Position numbers and translations under genes: made by a program. The notes beneath the pieces are model-generated. The model made no database searches and was not told the origin of the DNA. It saw nothing but the letters and a program-made list of their open reading frames with translations. A DNA stretch of 24,000 nt from Pseudomonadota bacterium (GTDB lineage Bacteria; Pseudomonadota; Gammaproteobacteria; Pseudomonadales; Porticoccaceae), in the NCBI GenBank assembly GCA_049325095.1, contig JBMOPO010000040.1, forward strand, positions 10,341-34,340. Reading direction: 5' to 3'. Positions 1-7,552 of this stretch are shown piece by piece. How positions within the stretch are numbered: the stretch's first letter is position 1; the number at the start of each line of letters is the position of its first letter.

Positions 1-2
1 GG

Positions 3-1973
3 GACACCCACATGGCCAAGTACTACGCCCCCAAGAATTTCAACTTCTGGTATTTCTTCGGCGTGCTTTCGCTGCTGGTGCTGGTCAACCAACTGGTCAC
101 TGGGATCTGGCTCACCATGAGCTACGAGCCGACCGCTGAGGGCGCGTTCGGCTCGGTCGAATACATCATGCGCGATGTCGATTACGGCTGGATCCTGCGC
201 TATCTGCACTCCACCGGCGCCTCGGCCTTCTTTCTGGTGGTCTATCTGCACATGTTCCGCGGCCTGCTGTACGGCTCCTACCGGGCGCCGCGGGAACTGG
301 TGTGGCTGTTCGGCATGGCCATCTACCTGGCGCTGATGGCGGAGGCCTTCCTGGGCTATGTGCTGCCCTGGGGCCAGATGTCCTACTGGGGCGCGCAGGT
401 GATCATTTCGCTGTTCGGCGCCATTCCGTATTTCGGCGACGCCATCGTCGAGTGGGTGCGGGGCGACTACCTGATTTCCGGCATCACCCTGAACCGCTTC
501 TTCGCCCTGCACGTGGTGGCGCTGCCGATCGTGCTGCTGGCGCTGGTGGTGCTGCATATCCTGGCCCTGCACGAGGTCGGCTCCAACAACCCCGATGGCG
601 TGGAAATCAAGAAAAACAAGGACGCCAACGGGATTCCGCTGGACGGCATTCCGTTCCACCCCTATTACACGGTGCACGACCTGGTGCCGGTGGTGGTGTT
701 CCTGTTCGTGTTCTGCTTCATCGTGTTCTTCATGCCGGAGATGGGCGGCTACTTCATCGAGAAGGCCAATTTCGAGCATTCCAATCCGCTCAAGACGCCG
801 CCCCACATCGCGCCGGTCTGGTACTTCACGCCTTTCTATTCGATGTTGCGTGCGGTACCCGACAAGTTCATGGGCTTCCTGGTGATGGCGGCCGCGGTGG
901 CCATCCTGTTCGTGCTGCCCTGGCTGGATCGCAGTCCGGTCAAGTCAATTCGCTACAAGGGCGTTGTCAGCCGGGTGGCGATCCTGGTATTCGCTGCGGC
1001 GTTCATCATCCTGGGCGTCCTGGGCGTCAAGCAGCCCACACCGGCCCGCACTTTCCTGGCGCAGCTCTGTACCGGGCTCTACTTCGCCTTCTTCGTGCTG
1101 ATGCCGGTGTGGACCAGCATCGAGAAGACCAGGCCGGAGCCCCAGCGGGTGACCATGGACGGGGGCATGGGTTTCTGGCGTTCGCTGGGCGTGCTCGCCA
1201 TCGTCGCGGCCCTGGTGTTCATTCCGCTCCAGGCGGTGGGCGCCGAAGCCGAACACGAGTGCGGCACCATTCCCTGCGACCCGGTCGAGATCGATCACGG
1301 CGACCAGGCTTCCCTGCAGCGGGGCGCGCGGATTTTCGCCAACTACTGCATGGGCTGTCACAGCGCCAAGTACGCCCGCTGGGAGCGGACCGCCGACGAT
1401 CTCGGCATCCCCCACCAACTGGTGCTGGAAAATCTCGCCTTCGGGGATCGCCGGATCGGCGACCTGATGACCATCTCGATGCCGGAAAAGGCGGCGAAGA
1501 AGTGGTTCGGAGCCGCGCCGCCGGACCTCACCCTGGTCACCCGCGCCCGATCGCCGGAATGGGTCTACACCTATCTGCGCAATTTCCACGCCGACCCCAG
1601 CCGGCCGTTCGGCGTCAACAACAAGGTCTTCAAGGATGTGGGCATGCCCCACGCCCTGCTCGATCTCCAGGGATTGCCGGCCTGTGCTCCGGGTCCTTCG
1701 TTCAATCCGGACGGCGGCATGCGGGTCGATCCGCTGACCAGCGAGCCGCTCAATGACGACCCCTGCGGCAGTTACGAACTGGTCACCCAGGGCGAGCTGG
1801 CGCCGGCCGAATTCGACGCCGCGGTCCGGGACCTGGTCAACTTTCTGAGTTATCTTGCCAACCCCGTGGCCGACGAAAGCCGCAGAATCGGCATGGGCGT
1901 GCTGCTCTTTCTGGCCTTCCTGTTCGTATTTGTCTGGTTGTTGAACCGCGAATACTGGAAGGACGTCCACTGA
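3..1973 (+). CDS. cytochrome bc1 complex: cytochrome b fused in frame to cytochrome c1 (5'-partial, open to window start)
   Basis: The frame is open from nt 3, and the ATG at 12 is internal because canonical cytochrome b starts about 30 aa earlier. The first ~375 aa are cytochrome b: multi-TM, heme-ligand His regions 'LRYLHSTGAS' and 'FFALHVV...LHILALH', and Qo motif 'APVWYFTPFY'. From ATG 1155 there is a signal-peptide-like 'MDGGMGFWRSLGVLAIVAALVFIPLQAVGA'. Cytochrome c1 follows, with heme motif 'ANYCMGCHS' and the C-terminal anchor 'GMGVLLFLAFLFVFVWLL'. No stop codon separates the two parts. Confidence 0.9.
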   Translation, partial: DTHMAKYYAPKNFNFWYFFGVLSLLVLVNQLVTGIWLTMSYEPTAEGAFGSVEYIMRDVDYGWILRYLHSTGASAFFLVVYLHMFRGLLYGSYRAPRELVWLFGMAIYLALMAEAFLGYVLPWGQMSYWGAQVIISLFGAIPYFGDAIVEWVRGDYLISGITLNRFFALHVVALPIVLLALVVLHILALHEVGSNNPDGVEIKKNKDANGIPLDGIPFHPYYTVHDLVPVVVFLFVFCFIVFFMPEMGGYFIEKANFEHSNPLKTPPHIAPVWYFTPFYSMLRAVPDKFMGFLVMAAAVAILFVLPWLDRSPVKSIRYKGVVSRVAILVFAAAFIILGVLGVKQPTPARTFLAQLCTGLYFAFFVLMPVWTSIEKTRPEPQRVTMDGGMGFWRSLGVLAIVAALVFIPLQAVGAEAEHECGTIPCDPVEIDHGDQASLQRGARIFANYCMGCHSAKYARWERTADDLGIPHQLVLENLAFGDRRIGDLMTISMPEKAAKKWFGAAPPDLTLVTRARSPEWVYTYLRNFHADPSRPFGVNNKVFKDVGMPHALLDLQGLPACAPGPSFNPDGGMRVDPLTSEPLNDDPCGSYELVTQGELAPAEFDAAVRDLVNFLSYLANPVADESRRIGMGVLLFLAFLFVFVWLLNREYWKDVH

Positions 1974-2016
1974 GCCTAGCAGCGGGATTCACAGTCTTCG
2001 GCCGACCGAGGTGAGT

Positions 2017-2649
2017 ATGGCGGTAGCGCCCAGGCGATCGACCATGACCCTGTTCTCCGACTCCGCCTGCCAGCGCAGTCACCGGGTCCGCATGGTGCTG
2101 GCCGAGAAGGGCGTGAGCGTCGAGATCGAGGAGGTGGTGCCCGGCGTCGTCTCGGAAGAGCTTGCCGAACTCAATCCTTACGGCACCGCGCCCACCCTGG
2201 TGGATCGCGACCTGACGCTCCACCACACCCTGGTGATGATGGAGTATCTGGACGAACGCTTCCCGCATCCGCCGCTGCTGCCCGTCTATCCGGTATCCCG
2301 GGCCCACAGCCGCCAGTACATGCACCGCATCGAGCACGACTGGTGCCTGCCGGCGGAGGAAATCCTGAGCGGCGAGGATGCCCGGCGCGCCGAGCGGTTG
2401 CGGAAGGAGCTGCGCGACAGCCTGTTGGGCGTGGCGCCGCTGTTTGCCGAGAAGCCGTTCTTCATGAGCGATGAATTCACCCTGGTCGACTGCTGCATGG
2501 CGCCCCTGCTGTGGCGGCTGGACGTGCTCGGCGTCAAGCTGCCCAATGTGCGCCAGGCGCGGCCTCTGGTGGCCTACATGCAGCGGCTCTTTGATCGGCC
2601 GGCGTTTCGTGCCAGTCTGACCGATACCGAGCGCAGCATGCGCGGCTGA
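2017..2649 (+). CDS. sspA: stringent starvation protein A (GST-like RNA polymerase-associated protein)
   Basis: Nearly colinear with E. coli SspA as I remember it: 'MAVA..R..MTLFS', '[16 protein letters not shown]', '[19 protein letters not shown]', '[13 protein letters not shown]'. ATG 2017 is preceded by GAGGTGA. The track ORF starts at GTG 2011. Confidence 0.93.
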   Translation: MAVAPRRSTMTLFSDSACQRSHRVRMVLAEKGVSVEIEEVVPGVVSEELAELNPYGTAPTLVDRDLTLHHTLVMMEYLDERFPHPPLLPVYPVSRAHSRQYMHRIEHDWCLPAEEILSGEDARRAERLRKELRDSLLGVAPLFAEKPFFMSDEFTLVDCCMAPLLWRLDVLGVKLPNVRQARPLVAYMQRLFDRPAFRASLTDTERSMRG

Positions 2650-2669
2650 CCGGCCCGCCGGGGAAGACC

Positions 2670-3065
2670 GTGACGACCATGACTTCCAACCGCCCCTACC
2701 TGATCCGGGCGCTGTATGAATGGATCGTCGACAACGACTGTACGCCGCACCTGATCGTCGATGCGGATGCCCCGGGGGTGATGGTGCCGAGGAGCTATGT
2801 TCGCGACGGCAAGATCGTGCTCAACATCGCGCCCCGCGCGGTCAGCGCGCTCGCCCTGGGCAACCAGGCGATCGCCTTCAGCGCGCGTTTCGGGGGCTCC
2901 CCGATGCAGGTATCGGTTCCGGTGGGCGCGGTGGAGGGCATCTACGCCCGGGAGAACGGCCAGGGCATGGTGTTCCAGGCCGAATCCGGGGCTCCGCAGC
3001 CGCCGGGCTCCGGCCCGGGTGGCGGTCCCGCCGGCAAGGGCTCGCGGCTGCGGGTGATCAAGTGA
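2670..3065 (+). CDS. sspB: stringent starvation protein B (ClpXP specificity adaptor)
   Basis: Motifs '[25 protein letters not shown]', '[10 protein letters not shown]' and '[24 protein letters not shown]'. A Gly/Pro linker precedes the C-terminal ClpX-binding-type tail 'RLRVIK'. It lies directly after sspA. An alternative start is ATG 2679. Confidence 0.9.
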   Translation: MTTMTSNRPYLIRALYEWIVDNDCTPHLIVDADAPGVMVPRSYVRDGKIVLNIAPRAVSALALGNQAIAFSARFGGSPMQVSVPVGAVEGIYARENGQGMVFQAESGAPQPPGSGPGGGPAGKGSRLRVIK

Positions 3066-3089
3066 TTCGAGCAAACGGGGGCAACAGCG

Positions 3090-4268
3090 ATGAATGATCC
3101 GGTAGTGATTGTGGGAATGGCCCGCACCGCGATGGGCGGCATGCTGGGTGCGCTGGCCGGCGTGCCGGTCGGCGAGTTGGGGGCGACGGCCATCCGGGCG
3201 GCGCTGGAGCGCGCCCGGGTCGCGCCCGATCAGGTCGACGAGGTACTGATGGGCTGCGTGCTGCCGGCCGGCGTGGGGCAGGCGCCGGCCCGCCAGGCAG
3301 CCCTGGGCGCCGGCATTCCGGTGGGCACCTGCGCGACCACGGTCAACAAGATGTGCGGGTCGGGCATGAAGACCGTGATGATGGCCTGCGACGCGCTGCT
3401 CGCCGGGCAGGCCGGGGTGCTGGTCGCCGGCGGCATGGAGAGCATGAGCAACGCGCCCTACCTGCTCGCCAGGGCGCGCGGCGGCTATCGCCTGGGTCAC
3501 GGTGAACTGCTCGACCACATGTACACCGACGGCCTCCAGGACGCCTATTCCGGCGGCCTGATGGGCGTGTTTGCCGAGCAATGCGCCGGCAAGTACCAGT
3601 TCACCCGCGAACAGCAGGACGCCTATGCGGTGGAATCCCTGCGCCGCGCCAACGCCGCCATCGCCGAGGGCAGGTTCAAGGCCGAAATCGTGCCCGTGGC
3701 GGTGAAGAGCCGTGCCGGAGAGCAGCTGGTGGATACCGACGAACAGCCGGGCAATGCCCGCATCGACAAGATCCCCAGCCTCAAGCCGGCGTTCAAGAAA
3801 GACGGTACCGTCACCCCGGCCAATGCCAGCTCGATCTCCGACGGCGCCGCCGCCCTGGTACTGATGCGCCGGAGCCAGGCCGAGGCGCGCGGCCTGCGCC
3901 CGCTGGCCGTGGTGCGTGGCTATACCCAGTTCGCGCAGGAGCCCGAGTGGTTCACCACCGCACCGGTGGGCGCGCTCAAGCGGCTGTTCGGACAGATCGG
4001 CTGGAGCCCTGCGGAAGTCGATCTCTATGAGATCAACGAGGCCTTCGCGGTGGTGGCCATGGCCGCCATGCGCGAACTTGACCTGCCGCACACCAAGGTC
4101 AATGTCCACGGCGGCGCCTGCGCCCTGGGCCACCCGCTGGGGGCCAGCGGCGCGCGCATCATCGTCACCCTGCTCGCGGCCCTGCAGACCCATGGGCTGC
4201 GCAAGGGGGTCGCCAGCCTGTGCATCGGCGGCGGCGAGGCCACCGCGATCGCCGTAGAGCGGCCCTGA
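3090..4268 (+). CDS. acetyl-CoA C-acetyltransferase (thiolase II)
   Basis: 392 aa. Active-site Cys context '[10 protein letters not shown]'. Also 'NEAFA', '[18 protein letters not shown]' and 'CIGGGEATA', which are typical thiolase C-terminal motifs. Confidence 0.9.
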   Translation: MNDPVVIVGMARTAMGGMLGALAGVPVGELGATAIRAALERARVAPDQVDEVLMGCVLPAGVGQAPARQAALGAGIPVGTCATTVNKMCGSGMKTVMMACDALLAGQAGVLVAGGMESMSNAPYLLARARGGYRLGHGELLDHMYTDGLQDAYSGGLMGVFAEQCAGKYQFTREQQDAYAVESLRRANAAIAEGRFKAEIVPVAVKSRAGEQLVDTDEQPGNARIDKIPSLKPAFKKDGTVTPANASSISDGAAALVLMRRSQAEARGLRPLAVVRGYTQFAQEPEWFTTAPVGALKRLFGQIGWSPAEVDLYEINEAFAVVAMAAMRELDLPHTKVNVHGGACALGHPLGASGARIIVTLLAALQTHGLRKGVASLCIGGGEATAIAVERP

Positions 4269-4536
4269 GCGGGGCTGCCCGACGGATTCGGCGCGCGCAT
4301 GGAACCGGATATCCGTCAACCGATGTAGAAAGGCGGACGGCGCGCGCCGCGGCGAGGGGATTGATTCGGCAGATACATCGTGACCTGGATCACAGTTTGC
4401 GGGCGGCCATGGGCTTAGGCTAGGTGACCGCGGGCGGGCAGCGCCCGCAAGTTCAGCCCGCCGCGGAATAACGGAATGGTCGGCGCCGGCTGGCGGAAGG
4501 GGCGTTGTCTTCCGGCGGCAACAGGGAGCGGCCAGG

Positions 4537-5967
4537 ATGGAAAAGGAGTTCCGCGGCGGTTCGCCGCAGGAGGGATCCATGGCAAGATCTATGGAAATAT
4601 GCTTTAAAAACAAGGAAATAAAGTCACTTATCCTGATTTCGGACAAGCAGTCGCAAGGCACGGCCAGCGCGCTTCGGCGGTTGTTGCCGCACTGGACATG
4701 GCGGGTGGAGGATGACCCCGCCCGCCTTCCGGAGCAGCTCGACCCAGACACCCCGGTAGGCATCCTCATCGCCCCGCAGGCTCTGGACGCCGGCACCCTG
4801 GCCTGGGTCGAACGCGCCACCCAGTCCTGCCCCGGGATGCTCTGGATCGCGATCGTCGGCGAGCACCATTGCGCCGATCCGGACTTCATGAGGGTCGTGG
4901 CCGCCACCTGCCATGATTTCATCACCACCCCGCTGGCCGATGCGGCTGACCTGATCCCGGGCCTGCTGGCCCATGCCGTGAGGTTGGCCCGCCTGCGCGC
5001 GCACCTGCTGCACGGGCAGTCCGGCCGGGACGAGATGGCCGATATGGTCGGCAGCTCCCCGCCCATGAAGCGGTTGGGCAGACTTATCCCGAAGTTTGCC
5101 CGGGCCGATGCCCCGGTCATGATCTGCGGCGAGAGCGGCACCGGCAAGGAACTGGTTGCCCGGGCGATCCATCGCGCCTCGGCTCGCGCCGCGGGCCCCT
5201 TCGTTGCGCTCAACTGCGGCGCCATTCCCGAAAACCTGCTGGAGTCCGAGCTGTTCGGGCACGTCAGGGGGGCTTTCACCGGAGCGGTCCAGGACCGGGC
5301 CGGCCGCGCCGAACTGGCCGATGGCGGCACCCTGTTTCTGGACGAGATCGGCGATCTCCCCCTCTCGCATCAGGTCAAGATCCTGCGCTTTCTCCAGGAG
5401 GGCTGCTTCGAGCGCGTGGGTTCCGGCCGTTCCATTCGGGTGGACGTGCGCATTGTCGCCGCCACCCACAGGGATCTCGAGGCCGGGGTCCAGGCCCAAA
5501 CCTTCCGCGAAGACCTGTTCTACCGCCTGAACGTGCTGCGCATCGAGGTGCCCCCGCTGCACGAGCGGGGCGCGGACATCGAATCGCTCGCCGAGCACTT
5601 TCTGGCGCAGGCGAGGGCCAAGACCGGCACCACCGCCAGCGGCTTCAGTATCGAGGCGCGCCAGGCCCTGCGCCGCTACCGGTGGCCCGGCAATGTACGG
5701 GAGCTGATCAACCGGGTGAGCAAGGCGGCCATCCTGGCGGAGGGCTCGCTGATCAGCCCGGCGGATCTGGACCTGCCGGATCCGCGCGAACCCGGCGGCG
5801 CCCGGGTCATCAACCTGCAGGAGACCCGGGAGCAGGCCGAACGCGCGGCCGTCGAAAGCGCCCTGCGCGATGCCGACTACAATATTTCCCGCGCGGCCAG
5901 CCTGCTGGGCGTGTCCCGCATGACCATCTACCGGCTGCTGGACAAGCACGGCATCGAGATCTCCTGA
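4537..5967 (+). CDS. sigma-54-dependent transcriptional activator (bacterial enhancer-binding protein) with atypical receiver-like N-terminal domain
   Basis: AAA+ core with Walker A 'GESGTGKE', the sigma-54 contact loop 'GAFTGA' and Walker B 'LFLDEIG'. C-terminal Fis-type HTH '[21 protein letters not shown]'. The N-terminal ~150 aa resemble a receiver fold but lack the usual Asp/Thr/Lys (see findings). An alternative start, ATG 4579, has a better SD (AGGAGGG). Confidence 0.9.
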   Translation: MEKEFRGGSPQEGSMARSMEICFKNKEIKSLILISDKQSQGTASALRRLLPHWTWRVEDDPARLPEQLDPDTPVGILIAPQALDAGTLAWVERATQSCPGMLWIAIVGEHHCADPDFMRVVAATCHDFITTPLADAADLIPGLLAHAVRLARLRAHLLHGQSGRDEMADMVGSSPPMKRLGRLIPKFARADAPVMICGESGTGKELVARAIHRASARAAGPFVALNCGAIPENLLESELFGHVRGAFTGAVQDRAGRAELADGGTLFLDEIGDLPLSHQVKILRFLQEGCFERVGSGRSIRVDVRIVAATHRDLEAGVQAQTFREDLFYRLNVLRIEVPPLHERGADIESLAEHFLAQARAKTGTTASGFSIEARQALRRYRWPGNVRELINRVSKAAILAEGSLISPADLDLPDPREPGGARVINLQETREQAERAAVESALRDADYNISRAASLLGVSRMTIYRLLDKHGIEIS

Positions 5968-6068
5968 CCCGGGTTCCCGCGGCCCTGCCGCCGACTGCCC
6001 GGCCGCCGTGGCCCCTGCATTCATGCCGCCGCTGCCGCCAGCGCGCGGTTTGGTGCCGGCCGGTGGTT

Positions 6069-6088
6069 CTGTAGGACATTGCCTACAG
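6069..6088. promoter_or_regulatory. perfect 7-6-7 palindrome CTGTAGG-ACATTG-CCTACAG, candidate enhancer (UAS) for the adjacent EBP
   Basis: The inverted repeat is read directly from the sequence. It lies ~100 nt after the EBP stop and ~250 nt upstream of the -24/-12 promoter, a typical UAS position. Confidence 0.3.
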
Positions 6089-6320
6089 CAGATTCCGGAA
6101 AACTCCTACCCCCGCGGCCCGCGGTTTGTGCGCGACCAGCAACGATTGCAACACCATCGAGACACTCGAAAAATCCGTCGCAATACACTGTTTTCAAAAA
6201 GGATTCCTCTCATTCCTGTTGTGATCTGTGTCACGTTTGCGGGACGCCGGCGGCCCATACGACTGGTCTGAAAACCCGAGCGATCTGGACTTTCTGTTTA
6301 TTTTCAAATGGTTGCGAATC

Positions 6321-6336
6321 TGGCCCGGGGATTGCC
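6321..6336 (+). promoter_or_regulatory. sigma-54 (-24/-12) promoter TGGCCC-GGGGA-TTGCC
   Basis: Matches the TGGCAC-N5-TTGCW consensus with the invariant GG and GC separated by exactly 10 nt. An AT-richer patch (about 6170-6315) lies upstream. A co-oriented EBP gene is immediately upstream, and the fap-like operon lies downstream. Confidence 0.6.
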
Positions 6337-6595
6337 GCTTGTCGGGCGAAAGCTACCGGCCGTCGCCGTGTTCCCGGCACCGGATAGCGGGAGGTTGCGG
6401 GACGGGAGCACAGAAGATCCGAGAACGAGAAGACGGCGCGCAGGCGCGAACGAAGCAGCGGTGTGCTTGCGCAGGCGTGACGACGGCGGAGGTCACCGCA
6501 GTCCGGGCTTCGACGGCCGGCTGCGCGGGCCGCGGCCCCGGGATCCGGATGATCCGGACCAGGGTGGTGACAAGGGATAGCGCGTGAGGAGAGGG

Positions 6596-7384
6596 ATGAT
6601 GGGCATGCGGGCGAATCGGGAACAGAAGGGCCACCGCCGGATGGATCCATCGCTGGCCGGAGAACGCGCTCCGGGCCAGCGGCACGGCGCCGGGCGGGCG
6701 GACAGCGCCCCGGGACCGGCGCCCGGCAACCGGTCGCGGACCGCCTTTGCCCGGTTCTGTCTCGCGCTTCTGGCCGCCTGCCTGGTGCAGGGGGCCGCCG
6801 CGCAGACCGACGCTGAGGTCGAGGTGACCGATGCCCAGGGGACTGCGGGCAGTGCGGCGGCGAGCAGCACCCTGGGTCCGGTGCTGCAGGGCTCCACCGG
6901 CCTGGTGACCCTGAACCAGACCGCCGGCGACGGCAACGTCCAACAGAACTCCGCCGCCCTCGCCGAGAGCGAGGGACACAGCGTCGCCGCGGTCAATGCC
7001 GTGCAGGTACTGGAGCGCGTCGTCCCCACCGCCGATCAGTGGCTGACCGCCGACATCGAGTCCGGCGCCTTCGACGACGCGCAGGGCATCTACTTGGTCA
7101 ATCAATCCGCGGGTGCGGGCAACAGCCAGTTCAACGGCGCGGCGCTCGCCGTCGGCGGCGTGTCGGCACTCGCCATCGTCCAGTTGGACGATACCCGGTT
7201 GCAGGAGCAGAGCCCAGGCAGTGCCGCGCCCTTGCTCCCCGCAGAAGGTGGCGCGCAGGTTTCGGCCGGCGCCAACCTGGCCCCGGACGCCTTCGCGGGC
7301 GCCCGGGGTCTGTTTCTGGTGAACCAGGCCGCCGGCAACAACAACGCCACGGCCAACACCTTCACGTTCTCGTCTCCCCCCTGA
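6596..7384 (+). CDS. fapB: FapB-like secreted amyloid-repeat protein (three imperfect N/Q/G/A repeats)
   Basis: Three repeats: 'GLVTLNQTAGDGNVQQNSAALAES' (~6884-6964), 'GIYLVNQSAGAGNSQFNGAALAVG' (~7058-7150) and 'GLFLVNQAAGNNNATANTFTFS' (~7280-7369). They share a motif with the next gene. Signal sequence 'FARFCLALLAACLVQGAAA'. The start is uncertain: GAGGAG SD at 6586-6591, with candidate starts ATG 6596/6599/6605/6641 and the track ORF at GTG 6584. Confidence 0.6.
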   Translation: MMGMRANREQKGHRRMDPSLAGERAPGQRHGAGRADSAPGPAPGNRSRTAFARFCLALLAACLVQGAAAQTDAEVEVTDAQGTAGSAAASSTLGPVLQGSTGLVTLNQTAGDGNVQQNSAALAESEGHSVAAVNAVQVLERVVPTADQWLTADIESGAFDDAQGIYLVNQSAGAGNSQFNGAALAVGGVSALAIVQLDDTRLQEQSPGSAAPLLPAEGGAQVSAGANLAPDAFAGARGLFLVNQAAGNNNATANTFTFSSPP

Positions 7385-7552
7385 CCGCCGTTTGCTGCCG
7401 AGGTAACGCCGTGTTTGCCATCTGTGTCTCACCAATGCCCCTACCGGCGGCGGAGTGCACAGGGCCAACCGTGCCTTGGCGAGGCAGCTTGGTTGGGCGG
7501 GGTGTGGCCGGGGGCGTGACTCTGACCCATATCATCATCAAGGAGAACGAAG

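Noticed and set aside
4306-4315. The palindrome CGGATATCCG upstream of the EBP gene shares a CCGGAT half-site with the leader palindrome at 6544-6558, which suggested a common operator.
   Set aside because: The half-site is only 6 nt, and CCGGAT-like strings recur elsewhere (for example about 6380 and 9510) in this GC-rich DNA. That is not enough evidence for a shared binding site.
2574-5330. Very long ORFs in the track that lie antisense or out of frame to recognisable genes. Examples: 2574-5330(-) 918 aa, 945-1970(-), 302-1756(+), 4624-6024(-), 6353-7468(-), 7538-8959(-), 11025-12872(-), 11183-12631(+), 14973-16670(+), 15325-16722(-), 17691-19049(-), 17861-19504(+), 19804-22200(+).
   Set aside because: Their translations are Arg/Ala/Gly/Pro-rich low-complexity sequence with no motifs, and each fully overlaps a gene with clear family signatures on the other strand or frame. 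This is the usual stop-codon-poor shadow-ORF artefact of high-GC DNA.
6302-6314. IHF-like site TTTCAAATGGTTG just upstream of the -24 element.
   Set aside because: It has one mismatch to WATCAANNNNTTR and abuts the -24 box, closer than typical IHF sites. I mention it only as context and do not call it a feature.
5968-6583. Small + strand ORFs (6008-6271, 6079-6387, 6228-6587, 6308-6580) considered as a possible fapA.
   Set aside because: None has a signal peptide or an SD. Their compositions are Arg/Pro-rich junk, and most start upstream of or across the predicted promoter. I treat the region as regulatory or leader DNA.
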